A stretch of 64,000 nt of DNA from positions 93,372,001 to 93,436,000 of the forward strand of contig OZ024746.1 of the NCBI GenBank assembly GCA_964016885.1, given 5' to 3'. Both the position numbers and the translations under genes were made by a program. The notes under the pieces are model-generated. The model did not search any database. It was given only the letters and a program-made list of their open reading frames with translations, and was not told the origin of the DNA. The DNA is from Eledone cirrhosa. Its lineage: Eukaryota. Position 1 is the first letter of the stretch. Each line of letters starts with the position of its first letter. Positions 38,864 through 52,623 of the stretch are shown one piece after another.

Positions 38864-40059
38864 TGTAATATAGATATTACAAATTAAAAAGAAGTTATAC
38901 AATGATGGAAATATGAAAAATAAAAATAAAAATAAAAATAAAAATAAAAATAAAAATAAAAATAAAAATAAAAATAAAAATAAAAATAAAAATAAAAATA
39001 AAAATAAAAATAAAAACAAAATTAAGTAATGAGAAAAAGGGATAAAGAAGGGTCACGAGTGGTCTAGTCTCAACTATTTGCAACAATTATTATAGTTTCA
39101 TGTATCCTCGACTGACTAATACACATTCCAGAACCATTGAACTGATTCTCTTTCAAAACCCAATCTCTATCAAGCCATCACTGTAGGGGCCAGATTTAAT
39201 GAGGGTAGGGGGGGGGGGATAAAGGGGGCAATTTTAAACTTCTATCTCCCTCAAGCAATCATATTCTTTTATTCTGTTTTCAGTCATTAGACTGCGGCCA
39301 TGCTGTAGTACGGCAATAATTTAGTCGATCATTATTGACCACAGTCAGGGCCGGATTTAATGGGACAAGAGAGATAAAGTGGGCAATTGCTCCGGGTTCC
39401 CTGCTGTGGAGGGCTCCACCAGCGACGACCGTAGCAATTTATTTGTGCCCTTAGTTAGGCATTTTAGTTTTAAGATGGTTAGAATCTTTGTTTTAATACC
39501 TGTATGTATAACTTTTCAATTCCAATTACTTGCGTCAAGCTAACTTTGTGGGGTTTGTTGTATATTCTAATATTTTGTTTATGAGGGGCCCCCAAGGTCT
39601 AAATCCAAACCTAATAACCGTCTCTGTAAATATTGAGCTCCCACCTTTCAGAACCTAGGGAAAACAGAGCACCGCCAGTTCTATATTATATCTGGCGGGG
39701 CATATCTACCACCCCAAAACCTATCAGTATCATCCATATGAGAAGGTGACGGAAACCACTCTCTTAGATATGCCACCCCAACCATATCCCGCATGCAACT
39801 AAAACTTATAATCCCACATCATCAAAGTGAGTCTCTCTTAGAAACGCTATCGATTCTGATGTGCCAAACATTCGGGTTTCATCCCCAACAGTCTACGACA
39901 AAATCAACTAACTACGTACCGATACTTCTAACTATGTTGATTCCTATTCAGATGATACCATGTTTCAGTCTTTCGGTCACCTACCTTAAACCTTCCACAC
40001 ATAAGAGTCATTCACATGAAATCTAGACACCTTCCGACAAATCTGTGACAATGTATATA

Positions 40060-40953
40060 TAAAGTCTCATTACAAATTGAAAAATATATTACAAAGGTAA
40101 TTGATGAGATATCTTAATCAGATTTATTCTCTGTACTCAGTATTTATCAAAGGTTTTAATTACATTGCATCTGTGTATTTCAGATATCCTGTTGACGAAA
40201 GAGTTACTGTTAAATGAACCCCTAAAAATGGCTACTCCTAAAAAAAAAAGGCATAATGTGCGTCATTGTTTATTGAAACAAAATCCGATATGCAGACCCA
40301 GCGAAACTACAGAACTAAGTATGGAAGAGATCCACCGTCACGCTCGTCAATTCGTGAATGGCACAAGAAATTTATGGAGACAGGGACAGTGTTGGATAAA
40401 GGGAGGAGTGGACGACCAAGAACATCTGAGGAAAACGTCGATCGTGTAAGACAAGCCTTTCAGCATTCTCCTACAAAGTCCACCTGTACTGCTGCCAGAC
40501 AGTTACAGATGCCACGTTCAACTGTACAGAAAGTCTTACACAAAAACTTGCAATTGTACGCTTACAAAATGCAACTCTTACAGGCACTCGTGCCAAATAA
40601 TAAACCAAGACGAAACGAGTTTGCAATTAACATGCTGGAACGAATTTCTGAGGATAAAACGTTCCTCACCCGAGTTTGTTTCAGTAATGAGACAACCTTT
40701 CATGTTTCAGGGAAACTGAACAAACATAATGTGAGAATCTGGGGATCAGAACACCCCCATGTGACTAGGGAACTTCACAGAGATAGTCCAAATGTGAATG
40801 TGTGATGTGGGATCATGTGCAATCGAATCATTGGTCTATTTTTCTTCAACGAGACATCAATTATTGCAAATGTTTACGTTGATCTTTTGACTGAATATGT
40901 GGCACCACAACTAGATGACCGTCAACCAACCATAATTTTCCAGCAAGATGGCA
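40060..40953 (+). mobile_element. Tc1/mariner-superfamily transposase pseudogene (DUF4817-type HTH), 3' truncated
   Basis: TQRNYRTKYGRDPPSRSSIREWHKKFMETGTVLDKGRSGRPRT...FSNETTFHVSGKLNKHNVRIWGSEHPH...IIGLFFF...IIFQQDG, with a frameshift and a stop. Confidence 0.9.
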
Positions 40954-41167
40954 GTACAAGTCAGACTTATACTACCACGAATAGAGTTTTTCGCTTAAAT
41001 TTAATGTGTAATATTGCTTCTCTGATTGATATTTTATCTATATATTTTATCCATTCATTGAGACGTTAAAGTATTAGAGACTAATTTATCTTTAATTATT
41101 ATCTATCTATCTATACACACATACATATATATACACATACACACACACACATATATATACATATATA

Positions 41168-41335
41168 CCGTATTTCCCGGCGTCGAAGACGCTACTTTTT
41201 TTCTTAAAATAAGTCTCAAAAATCTACCATGCGTCCTGGAGGCCGAAGGTTGTTTATTATTTTTTTTTCAAATTTTTGGTTGTCAAAATTAAGGTGCGTC
41301 CTCGAGGACGAAGCGTCTTCGGCGTCGGGCAATAC

Positions 41336-41337
<2 letters not shown>
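41168..41337. mobile_element. pogo/mariner-type MITE in (TA)n
   Basis: TA|CCGTATTTCCCGGCGTCGAAGACGCT ... AGCGTCTTCGGCGTCGGGCAATACGG|TA. Confidence 0.85.
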
Positions 41338-41411
<74 letters not shown>

Positions 41412-41414
<3 letters not shown>

Positions 41415-41610
41415 GGTGTCCATAAAGTTTCTTTAAAATTAAAAAAAATTATTACAAAACCAACTGAAAAGACAAATATGTGAAAATTATTGCAAAATGA
41501 GGAGAAGATATTGAAGTCTTTTGTAACTAATTTAATACTAATTTAATACACCTCTATATGGGCACCATTAGTTGTACGAAGTACATCAAGACGGTACTCG
41601 ATTTCTTGCC
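41412..41610 (-). mobile_element. 3' end and TIR of the same mariner-like family in opposite orientation
   Basis: Minus translation WQEIEYRLDVLRTTNGAHIEVY*. The terminus is TA|CAGGGTGTCCATAAAG. Confidence 0.75.
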
Positions 41611-43570
41611 AGAGGAAACGAGAAAGCGATATAGAGAAAGAATCGACCCCAATACTTGACTGGTACTTTTTTTATCGACCTCAAATGGATGAAAGACAAA
41701 GTTGACCTCAGCAAGATTTGAACTCAGAGAGCAGACAGCCGACGTTCTAACAACTCTGCCAATTCGCCGTCTCAGATGGACTGTACCTGCTTGTAATTCA
41801 AATGACCAGTTTTGTTCCACACTGTGTCACGTTGAATCTCCCTGAGAATCACATTAAGGGTACACGTGTCTGTGGAATGCTCTGTCACGCGTTAATTTCA
41901 TGAGCAGACTGTTCCATTTAATCGAACGACTGGAACACACGGTCGAAACCGACAGAGATCCAATCCATTTTGCCACACAACAAGATTGCAAAAGATAGAA
42001 AGGTTATTGAAGATATTGCTGTTCGTACTGGTTCCCCTTCCCCACTTAATATGAACTAGCTAGCCCCGTAGGAATTCCATGGTTTAACCATTTAGCATTT
42101 GCATTACTCTATATCGGTGTTTCTCAACGAGGGCCCTAGGGCCCCCCCTGGTGGAAATATTGAAATTTTTTTGGGGGTGGGGAGCATATAAAATTTTGGG
42201 TGGCCATTTGATATTAATGGAGCATTTGAAACAATGAGGTGTATTCTTAATTTAGGGAGAAAGTTTGCTGATCTGCGTGAAAAATATGACTTCGAGACGT
42301 GATTTTTGCCTGCATGTGAGTGCTAAGAAACTTGCCGACGTCCGAGAGTGTGCATGCTTTAAACCTTTAGAATTCACATTATTTTATATATACTATTATA
42401 TTTTCATGGTAAAGGCTTTACCTCGCATAATTATCTCACATAATATCGAATCTATGAGATTTTGAAAGTATTTATTTTGAGAACAATACCTTAACATCAG
42501 TTTGAGCGACCAGTTACAGCCAGTTTCAACAGAAAGAGCTAGAGAATTCTGGCCGGTTTTGGCCGGTTTGAACATTAAAGGGTTAAAAGTAAAAAACAAA
42601 CAAACAGCATTTCGATCCCAATTACAATCAGTTTACCACAATTACGCTGTGTTTAACTTATTTTCAGTACATTTAACATAAAATAACCAAATAAATCTTT
42701 TTGTATTCATTTGTAACATCCGTTGTCGTGGTGTCTTTTTAAAAAAAAATATGTTTGTCTACTTATATAAATATCAGCAATATAACGTGCGAGGGGGGGG
42801 GGGGGGGGGCATTTAAAAAATCAGGACGTCTTGGGGAAGCATGGAGCAAGAAAGGTTGAGAACCTAGGCTCTATATTTACTATTGTAATTTCACGGTAAA
42901 GTCTTTATATCATATAATTATCTCACATAATATCGAATCAATGAGATTTTGATATTATTTATTTTGAGAACAATACCTTAACATCAGTATGAACGGCCGG
43001 TTACAGCCGGGTTTAACCAGAAAGAGGTGAAAGAAATCTGGCCGGATATGGCCGGTTTAAATGCTAAAAGTTTAATTAGAAACAACCACCAAGTATTAAA
43101 GTTGAATATAACATTTAAAATTATTTGCTTACAAGTTATATACACGCAGTATATTTCACCACCACCACCATCACCACCATCACCACCACCACCACCACTA
43201 TCACCACTGCTACCACAATCACCACCACCACCACTATCACCACCACCACCACTACTATCACCACCACCACTGCTACACCATCAGCACCACCACCACCACC
43301 ACCATCACCACTGCTATCACCACCACCACCATCACCACCACTACCACCACCACCACCACCACTGCTACCACTATCACTCCCACCACCACCACTACCACCA
43401 CCACCACCACCATCATCATCATCACTACCATCATCACCACCACTATCACCACCACTACCAGCACCACCACCACAACCACCACCACTACCACCACCAGCAC
43501 CAGCACCAGCACTACCACCACCAGCACCACCACTACCACCACCACCAGCACCAGCACCACCACTACACCA

Positions 43571-43603
<33 letters not shown>

Positions 43604-45579
43604 CTACCATCATCACCACCACGAACACCAACCAACACCACCACCGCCACTGCCCCCCCCCCCACCATCCTCACCATCACCAGTACAATTAATTCTAGCA
43701 GATCTAGTGGCGACTACAGAGACTCTTCCTCGTGTTGGTTTCTATTCCTAGCTCTAACGTAGAGAAGTAGAACAGTTGAAAACCAGAATTAAGTGGCTTG
43801 TTTAGATATATAATGAAACAACCGGAGTTTGTTTTCCACCTCGAAACATTTCACCTAGTTGTCTAACAGCTGAAGATACTCAACTTGCTAGAAATAACAG
43901 CCAGTTCTTTCTCAAATCAGTTTCAATTGTTTAAAAAGCAGTTATTAGAATTTAGTCTTAGATACCCCACAAAACATGATATGCGATTGTTACGGCTGGC
44001 TAGAATACTTTTGATCATAAGGGCCTCATAAATTAGGCTTGTTTGGTGACTAAACAACAGCAAGAGCCAATAAATGAACCATTACAAGGGTTCTTGACTT
44101 GCTAAAAACCATTGCCAAATCTCTCGCAGAGGTGAACACTTTAATACAGTCATGGGCAACCTGTGGCCTACGAAGCTTTCTGAATGGCTCACCTAAGTCA
44201 TCTAAGTGGAATCTTTCTGACTTTTTTACCCCAACTTTTCAGTCGTAATTTATCTTTCTATCATTTTAAAGATTGAGGAAAACAACGTGTAGGAATTCTG
44301 AAGAAACAAATCAAAACAACCTGAGTTACTGCCCTTTTTTAAAATATGAACACGAATGTAAATTAGCGCTTGTGGTCCGCCTGATGATGAGCCATGCGGC
44401 CAGCTTCTCGAAAAAGGTTGTCCATGCCTGCTTTAAATAAAGGACTCATTACAAGAAATGAAGTCATGAAAGACGTATGCCAGAGAGTTCTTGATAGAGT
44501 AGATGCATTATGGGTAGTTGGTGTGCTAAGCATTCTGTGAAGTAAGTGACTAGGAAGTTAGTTGGTCTTACAGCACTGGTTGTTACCCATCTAACGTTGT
44601 TTAGCAACATCATTTCCAGACGTGACCATCCCGTCTTTTTAGCTTTATCTGCATCTACCTTATTTAATATGTCCTATGCTCATGATGGTGGAGTGTGATT
44701 TGCGGGAAATTTGGCCGTTATGTTTAGCTTCACGTAGAATGTTCCCGGGTCTCCAATAATCTCCCCCTCCACCCGCTTATTTATTTTTCAGATTTTTTCC
44801 ACCCCCTTCCCCACTTATTATATTTTGCTATTCTATCTCCGGCGAGATCTAAGTGATAGCATTCCTGCGACAATTAATTTTCTTTACACATTAACAAATA
44901 TTATACATGACAAAAGCAGTACATTACTAGAACTCCCTTACATTATAAAAAAGATAGGATCGGTTGGGGTCTCAATATGTAAACTAAACGACTAATTCCG
45001 GTTTTTAAAAAATCAACGGTGACAACCTACAAACACTACTGATGCCCTCCCCCTCCCACTTCTTCCACCCCCTATTATTTGGGAACCAAGAGTAGTATCT
45101 CTTTCGTTGTCCCCTCCTTAAAGTTTTTGTTGTTGTTGTTGCAGGTTTTTGTGTTTGTATTCCAAAATGTAATACTCCAATAGAATTTAAAAAAAACCTT
45201 GTATATTCGTATGGCAGTTTATTTTTGGTCTATAATTAACCTTTACGTGCGCATACATAAAAGGATAGGATAAAGATCCCTTAACTCCTTGTGGAGTCGT
45301 TGAGGCACTGTCATACGGCATGTCTAGGGCACTTTTAAACCTGGCAGAGCTCAACCCTCTCAGGGTCTGAGCACTGTAGATTTTTTTCTATAGAGGAAGA
45401 ATCAACCCCAGTACTGGACTGGTACTTTTTTTATCGACCTCGAAAGGATGAAAGGCAAAGTTGACCATGGCGGGATTTGAACTCAGAGCGCGCAAAGAGG
45501 AGGGAAGAATACCATAAAGCATTTTATCCGATGTTTTCACGACTCTGTTAATTCGCCACATACATACACACACACACAG

Positions 45580-48500
45580 AATTGTGAAATTATAAAACCA
45601 GAAGAACATACATACATACATCTGCCCAGCAGATGCCAATATAATATCAAAGATTAGTGAAAAGGAGAATATTTATGCAGAACTAATGAGAAATCTGCAG
45701 ATACTCCACGCTGATTACACGTTCAGATTTATACCTGTGATTATTGGGGCACTGGGGTATGTTAGTAGCTGTCTCAATACAAATCTTGAGAAGCTAGGCT
45801 TCACAGGAACAGAAAGAACAGAAATTACAAGTACAATCCATTAATGGAACAGTAAAAATATGTAAGACATTCCAAAAATGTTGCATCTAATAACTGCATA
45901 TACACATATACAGATGCAAAGCATATACACATGCACACATACAACTCAAAACATACACATCCACACATACAATACCATCCATATCTACACATGCATGCAT
46001 ACATATCTACCTAGTTGATGTTGTGTAAATTCCAATGAGAGAGTCTTGTGTCTATGTTAGAAACCGACTCTCTCTCTCTATTGGTAAAACTTTGTGAAAT
46101 TATAAAACCAGAAGAACATACATACATACATACATACATACATCAGTCAACGCGATCAGTCGCATATTTTGGCGTGGGAGACTATTTATTAAATTTAAGA
46201 TGAATACTATCTCCGACAGTAATGCCACAACTACAGTCATGTTGAATAACTGGTTATTCTTCTAACTATCCCTTCTGAAGACACCTTTTATTCGAATTCG
46301 TAGAGATATCCGACTAAATACATAATTCATTTTACAAGGATTTGCTACAAACAGCATGGCTGAACACAACATCAACAACAAAATTAAGGAAGTATCGAAG
46401 ACAAATAACAAAGAAGGTAATCAAACATTATTCAGTTGTAGCTACAGAAGAAACCGAAATTATAAATCGCATTTCTCTTGGAGTTGCGAACTTAATGATG
46501 ATTTATTTAATTGTTATAAAATGGCAAAAAACAATCTGGTCATCACTAATCTTTGATATCATATTGGCATCTGCTGGGCAGCTAATTTCCAATACTGTGC
46601 ATGTTTTCTTCTCCCTGTCCCATATCATAATATCTGGTCCGTTATGCCTGCATTTTATTGGGGTTTTTACTGGAACATTCCACCAGTACTCTTTCATATT
46701 ATGTACATGGATGTCTTCCACATTGCTGTAGCTTTTAATGTGTTTATTATCGGGGCTATCTTTTTTACGAACTGCATTGTACAGTGTTTTGGCCACTACA
46801 TCATGCCTCATAGGTAGATAGTACCGCGATGACATCTTTGGACAGCTGCTGATAACATGGGTGATATCCTCGATGTTAGTTCTGCAGAGTCTGCACTTGT
46901 TATCACATCTAGGTGTTTTGCCTGCATCCCTATCTCTTTTGTGAATCAGGTATTTCGTGTTAATCTCCTGTTCCTGGATTGCAAATTATGGGTTAGGTTC
47001 GTATTTCTGTCCTCCTGTGAGCCAATGATGTATCCCTCACATTTCTTGAGCAGAAAGGACAAGGAGTTTAATGATAAGATGAATGATATTACAGAGAGAC
47101 TGTCCCACCTAAATGTATGTATGTATGTATGTATGTATGTATGTATGTATGTATGTATGTATGTATGTATGTATGTATGTATGTGTCAGGTCACCAGTTG
47201 GTGCTACTGGTAACATGTATCCCAGTACAACCTGTCTCATGGTCGGGACGTTGGCGACTAAACTGGCAACCCCACCAAGGTTTCTTGGTGAGGAGGGTGA
47301 CTTTGGACATCCTGCAGGACTAAAAACAAAACCTGTCAAAGAGCAAAGGAGCTCTTAAGAGTCAATGGCTATCCAAAATCACCGGGAGAGATGACCCCTT
47401 AGCCTTTGTCAAAGCAGAATTCTAGGAGAAGGAAAACTCTGATATAACACCTGCAACCCTGATGGTATCCAATGATGTTGACTTGTTCTTCTTTTTGGTA
47501 AATATCATCTTGGTTAAGAGAGTGGGACTGGCTTTGTGCAGTGCCTTTGCTCACTATAAAAGCTTCACGGCACAGGCATTGCTTTATATCTGGAGATCTC
47601 TCTGCACTTGTCATCACATGGTACCATGGGCCCAGCACTATGTGTCAATAATTGTCACAAGTGTAGTGTTTGTACCAGAGTTTTCAATACGCTGGCTGGA
47701 CTAAAAAGTCACACTCGTTCAGCGCATCGGTAGGCGTTCTCCTACATGGATATAAAGTAGTGGCCGTACTCGAAAACGAGTTGGCAGCCACCACCATGTA
47801 TGTATGTATGTATGTATGTATGTATGTATGTATGTATGTATGTATGTATGTATGTATGTGTGTATGTATGTATGTCTGCATGTTTGCATGCATGCATGCA
47901 TATGTAGATATGGATGTTATTGTATGTGTGGATGTGTATGTTTTGAGTTGTATGTGTGCATGTGTATCAGCATTTTGGGAATGTTTTACATATTTTTACT
48001 GTTCCATATGTTACTATATGTACGTACGTATGTATGTATGTATGTATGTATGTATGTATGTATGTATGTATGTATGTATGTATGTATGTATGTACTTTTG
48101 GTTTTATAATTTCACAAATGTTTGCCAATAGAGAGAGAGAGTCGGTTTCTAACATAGACACAAGACACTCTCATTGGAATTTACACAACATCAACTAGGT
48201 AGATATGTATGTCTGCATGCATGTCTGCATGCATGCATGTGTAGGTATGTATGTTATTGTATGTGTGGATGTGTATGTTTTGAGTTATATGTGTGCATGT
48301 GTACATGCTTTGTATCTGTACATGTGTATATGCAGTTATTAGATGTAGAATTTTTGGAATGTTTTACATATTTTTACTGTTCCATTAATGGATTGTACTT
48401 GTAATTTCCTAACTACTCGTGTTCTTTCTGTTCCTGTGAAGCCTAGCTTCTCAAGATTTGTACTGAGGCAGTTACTAACATACCTCACTGCCCCAATAAT

Positions 48501-48900
48501 CACAGGTATAAATCTGAAGGTATAGTCAGGGTGGAGTATCTGTGGATTTCTCATCAGTTCTGCATAGATATTATCCTTTTCGCTAATGTTTGATATTATA
48601 TTGGCATCTGCTGGGCAGCTAAATTCCAGTACAGTGCATCCCTTCTTCTCCCTGTCCCATATCATTATATCTGGTCTGTTATGACTGCATTTTATTGGGG
48701 TTTTTACTGGAACATTCCACCTCTTTCATATTATGTATATGTATGTCTTCCACATTGCTGTAGCTTTTAATGTGCTAGTCATCATTTTTGCTGAGGCTGT
48801 TACTAACATATCACAGTGTCCCAATAATCACAGGTGTAAAGCTGAAGGTATAGTCAGGGTGGAATATCTTCAGATTCCTCATTATTATCATTATCCTTTT
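45580..48900. mobile_element. Cluster of R4/Dong-like fragments of one family at (CATA)n tracts: 45622-46143(+), 46144-46540(+, 5' end), 46545-47060(-), 47870-48010(-), 48090-48780(-)
   Basis: RHDVVAKTLY...YWWNVPVKTPIKCRHNGPDIMIWDREKK..LEISCPAD...EKDNIYAELMR...FIPVIIGA...GTVKICKTF. The 3' UTR ends ATAAAACCAGAAGAA(CATA)n. Confidence 0.85.
47183..47796 (+). mobile_element. ~615-bp non-coding RTE-related retroposon, copy 1 (in (TATG)n)
   Basis: It is near-identical to 51726-52302(-) and 61323-61933(+), contains the RTE-5'UTR-like CTAGGAGAAGGAAAACTCTGA, and has a microsatellite tail. Confidence 0.8.
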
Positions 48901-50657
48901 TTTCACGTGGGAGTGAAAGGCCTCCAGTTGTTGTCACAATACCTTTCTAAGATAGGGAAACTCTGAAAAAAAAACAGCTGCAGCTTCGGAAGCATCCGAT
49001 GATGTTGACTAGTTCTCCTTTTCGGGTTTTGATTTCGATGCTCAGACAGTGGGATTGGTCGAGTGCAAGGCCTTTCCCCACTTAAAAAAACATTGAAAGC
49101 ACAGGCATTGCTTGTTCAGGATATGTTACAGGTTGTATAACATAACTCTACAATCTGACAAGCGATTGCAATACTCTTAGCAGAGTGTGCAGCCTTCATA
49201 TATGTGTGCATGTATGTATGTATGTTATGTTGGGTCACTCTTGAGTGCTACTGGTAACATGTAACCCAGTACAACCTGTTGATGGTGGTGTTGGTGGTGT
49301 TATTAGTGTTGATGATGGTGGTAGTGATGTTGGTGTTATTAGTGTTGATCGTGGTGGTGGTGGTGGTGTTGGTGGTATTAGTGTTGATGGTGGTGTTGGT
49401 GGTGTTGGTGGTATTAGTGTTGATGGTGTTGGTGGTGGTGTTGGTGGTATTAGTGTTGATGGTGGTGTTGGTGGTGTTAGTGGTATTAGTGTTGATGGTG
49501 GTGTTGTTGGTGTTATTAGTGTTGATGATGGTGGTGATGGTGTTGGTGTTATTAGTGTTGTTGTTGTTGGTGGTGGTGTTGGTGTTATTAGTGTTGATGA
49601 TGGTGGTGGTGGTGTTGGTGTTATTAGTGTTGTTGTTGTTGGTGGTGGTGTTGGTGTTATTAGTGCTGATGGTGGTGGTGGTGGTGGTGGTATTAGTGTT
49701 GATGATGGTGGTGGTGTTATTATTGGTGTTGGTGTTGGTGTTGGTGTTGGTGTTGGTGTTATTAGTGGTGAAGAAGGTGCTGGTGTTGGTGTTATTAATG
49801 TTGTTGGTGTTTGTGTTTGTGTTTGTGTTGGTGGTGGTGGTGGTGGCGGTGGAGGTCGCTTATGACGTCTTGTATACGAGTACACAAGAGTAAATATTTT
49901 GGCAAGCAATAATTGTGTTAGATGAAAATGTCACATCTGTTTTTGTCCTTTGGGCAGGAAGCCATAGAAGACTTGTTACTTGATAGCAGTGAGGCAATAT
50001 CTCAACATGCTCCAGTCTGGCAACAACCATAGGAAAATAGGAATATATTAAGATGGCGATGATGGTGATGATGGTGGTAGTGATGATGATGATGATGATG
50101 GTGGTAGTGATGATGGTGATGGTAGTGGTGATGATGATTGTGATGAAGATGGTGATGATGGTAGTGGTGATGATGGTGATGGGAGTGGTGATGGTGATGG
50201 TAGTGGTGATGATGGTGATGATGGTAGTGGTGATGATGATGATGGTAGTGGTGATGATGATGATGGTAGTGGTGATGATGGTGATGGTAGTGGTGATGGT
50301 GATGGTAGTGGTGATGGTGATGATGGTGATGATGGTGATGATGGTGATGGGAGTGGTGATGGTGATGATGGTAGTGGTGATGATGGTGATGGGAGTGGTG
50401 ATGGTGATGATGGTGATGATGATGGTGATGATGGTGATGATGGTAGTGGTGATGATGGTGATGGTAGTGGTGATAATGGTGATGGTTGTGATGATGGTGA
50501 TGGTAGTGGTGATGGTGATGGTAGTGGTGATGGTGATGATGGTGATGATGATGATGATGATGATAGTCTGAAGTATTTGTTAGTACACTTACACAGTAAC
50601 ACAGAACTTTGATGGAGGATCAGGTTTAGTTGGCAAACAATAAACATGGTAACGTGG

Positions 50658-50749
50658 AAGATGATGAAGAAGGAGAAGGAGAAGAAGAAGAAGAAGAAGA
50701 AGAAGAAGAAGGAGAAGGAGAAGGAAAAGAAGAAGAAGAAGAAGAAGAA

Positions 50750-50796
<47 letters not shown>

Positions 50797-51148
50797 AGGT
50801 GAAGGAAAAGAAGAAGAAGAAGAAGAAGAAGAAGAAGGAGAAGGAGAAGGAAAAGAAGAAGAAGAAGAAGAAGAAGAAGAAGGAAAAGAAGAAGAAGAAG
50901 AAGAAGAAGGAGAAGGAGAAGGAAAAGAAGAAGAAGAAGAAGAAGAAGAAGAAGAAGAAGAAGAAGAAGAAGAAGGTGAAGAAGAAGAAGAAGAAGAAGA
51001 AGAAGAAGAAGAAGAAGAGGATGATGGAGAAGAAGAAGAAGAAGAAGAAGAAGAAGAAGAAGAAGAAGAAGAAGATGATGATGAAGAAGAAGAAGAAGAA
51101 GAAGAAGAAGAAGAAGAAGAAGAAGAAGAAGAAGAAGAAGCAGAAGAA

Positions 51149-51180
<32 letters not shown>

Positions 51181-51266
51181 AAAAGAAGAAGAAGAAGAAG
51201 AAGAAGAAGAAGAAAAAGAAGAAGAAGAAGAAGAAGAAGAAGAAGAAGAAGAAGAAGAAGAAGAAG
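50658..51266. repeat. ~600-bp (GAA)n polypurine tract
   Basis: Almost uninterrupted GAA/GGA triplets. Confidence 0.95.
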
Positions 51267-51625
51267 GACAAAACAATACAAAACGACGAGTGAAAGAGCT
51301 GGAATTAAGGAACGAAATAAAAATGGAAGGAATTTAAGAATGAGAGGAAGACAGAAGTTATGAGAAAGTAAGCATAAGAAAGAATGTTTGTAAGATAGAG
51401 AGATAGAGAAAGAAGGGAGAGAGAGAGAGGCAGAGAGAGATAGGGAGAGAAGGGGAGGCAGAGATAGATAGAGAGAGGGGAAGTCAGATAGAGATAGAGA
51501 TAGAGAGAGGGGGAGGCAGAGTTGGATTATATCAGAGTGAGTCATTGAAAAGAATCTTGGCTGTGTCGAATCTACCTGAAGTAAGGAAGAAGAAATCGAA
51601 ATTTGTGTACACGAAAATGTGTATT

Positions 51626-51700
<75 letters not shown>

Positions 51701-51725
51701 GTATGTGTGTGTGTATATATATATA

Positions 51726-52302
51726 TGGTGGCTGCCAACTCGTTTTCGAGTACGGCCACTACTTTATATCCATGTAGGAGAACCCCTACCGATGCGCTGA
51801 ACAAGTGTGACTTTTTAGTCCAGCCAGCGACTTGAAAACTGGTACAAACACTACACTTGTGACAATTATTGAGACATAGTGCTGGGCCCATGGTACCATG
51901 TGATGACATGTGCAGAGAGATCTCCAGATATAAAGCAATGCCTGTGCCGTGAAGCTTTTATAGTGAGCAAAGGCACTGCACAAAGCCAGTCCCACTCTCT
52001 TAACCAAGATGATATTTACCAAAAAGAAGAACAAGTCAACATCATTGGATACCATCAGGGTTGCAGGTGTTATATCAGAGTTTTCCTTCTCCTAGAATTT
52101 TGCCTTGACAAAGGCTAAGGGGTCATCTCTCCCGGTGATTTTGGATGGCCATTGACTCTTAAGAGCTCCTTTGCCCTTTGACAGGTTTTGTTTTTAGTCC
52201 TGCAGGATGCCCAAAGTCACCCTCCTCACCAATAAACCTTGGTGGGGTTGCCAGTTTAGTCGCCAACGACCCCACCATTGGACAGGTTGTACTGGAATAC
52301 AT
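51726..52302 (-). mobile_element. ~615-bp element, copy 2 (5' ~35 nt missing)
   Basis: Reverse complement of 47215-47793. Confidence 0.8.
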
Positions 52303-52333
52303 ATATATATATATACAAGTATATATACATACA

Positions 52334-52442
<109 letters not shown>

Positions 52443-52623
52443 CTAGCGTTTAAAAATATCGTTTTTTCAGCCCTATACCTCAACCTCATTTGCATATTCA
52501 TCTTAATAATTTGAAATATTTGACTTTTCCCTGTCTTTCCCCTCATTCCTTTTACTATCCAGGAAAACTTGAACCGTTAAGATCTCCTTCCTGGATATCT
52601 CAATATTTATAAAACAAACTTTG

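Noticed and set aside
43027-43751. His-rich or Pro-rich (extensin/formin-like) ORFs; likewise 34872-35519 and 49235-49909
   Set aside because: These are (CAC)n low-complexity arrays open in several frames on both strands, with no splice or domain evidence.
47399-47704. 79-80 aa ORFs conserved in three places (also 51786-52118 and 61539-61844)
   Set aside because: The conservation reflects recent copies of the 615-bp repeat. No protein motif is recognisable and the ORFs overlap on both strands.
50048-51692. Long ORFs (407, 367, 235 aa; poly-F/L/E/K/S)
   Set aside because: They are translations of (GAA)n and (GAT)n repeats.
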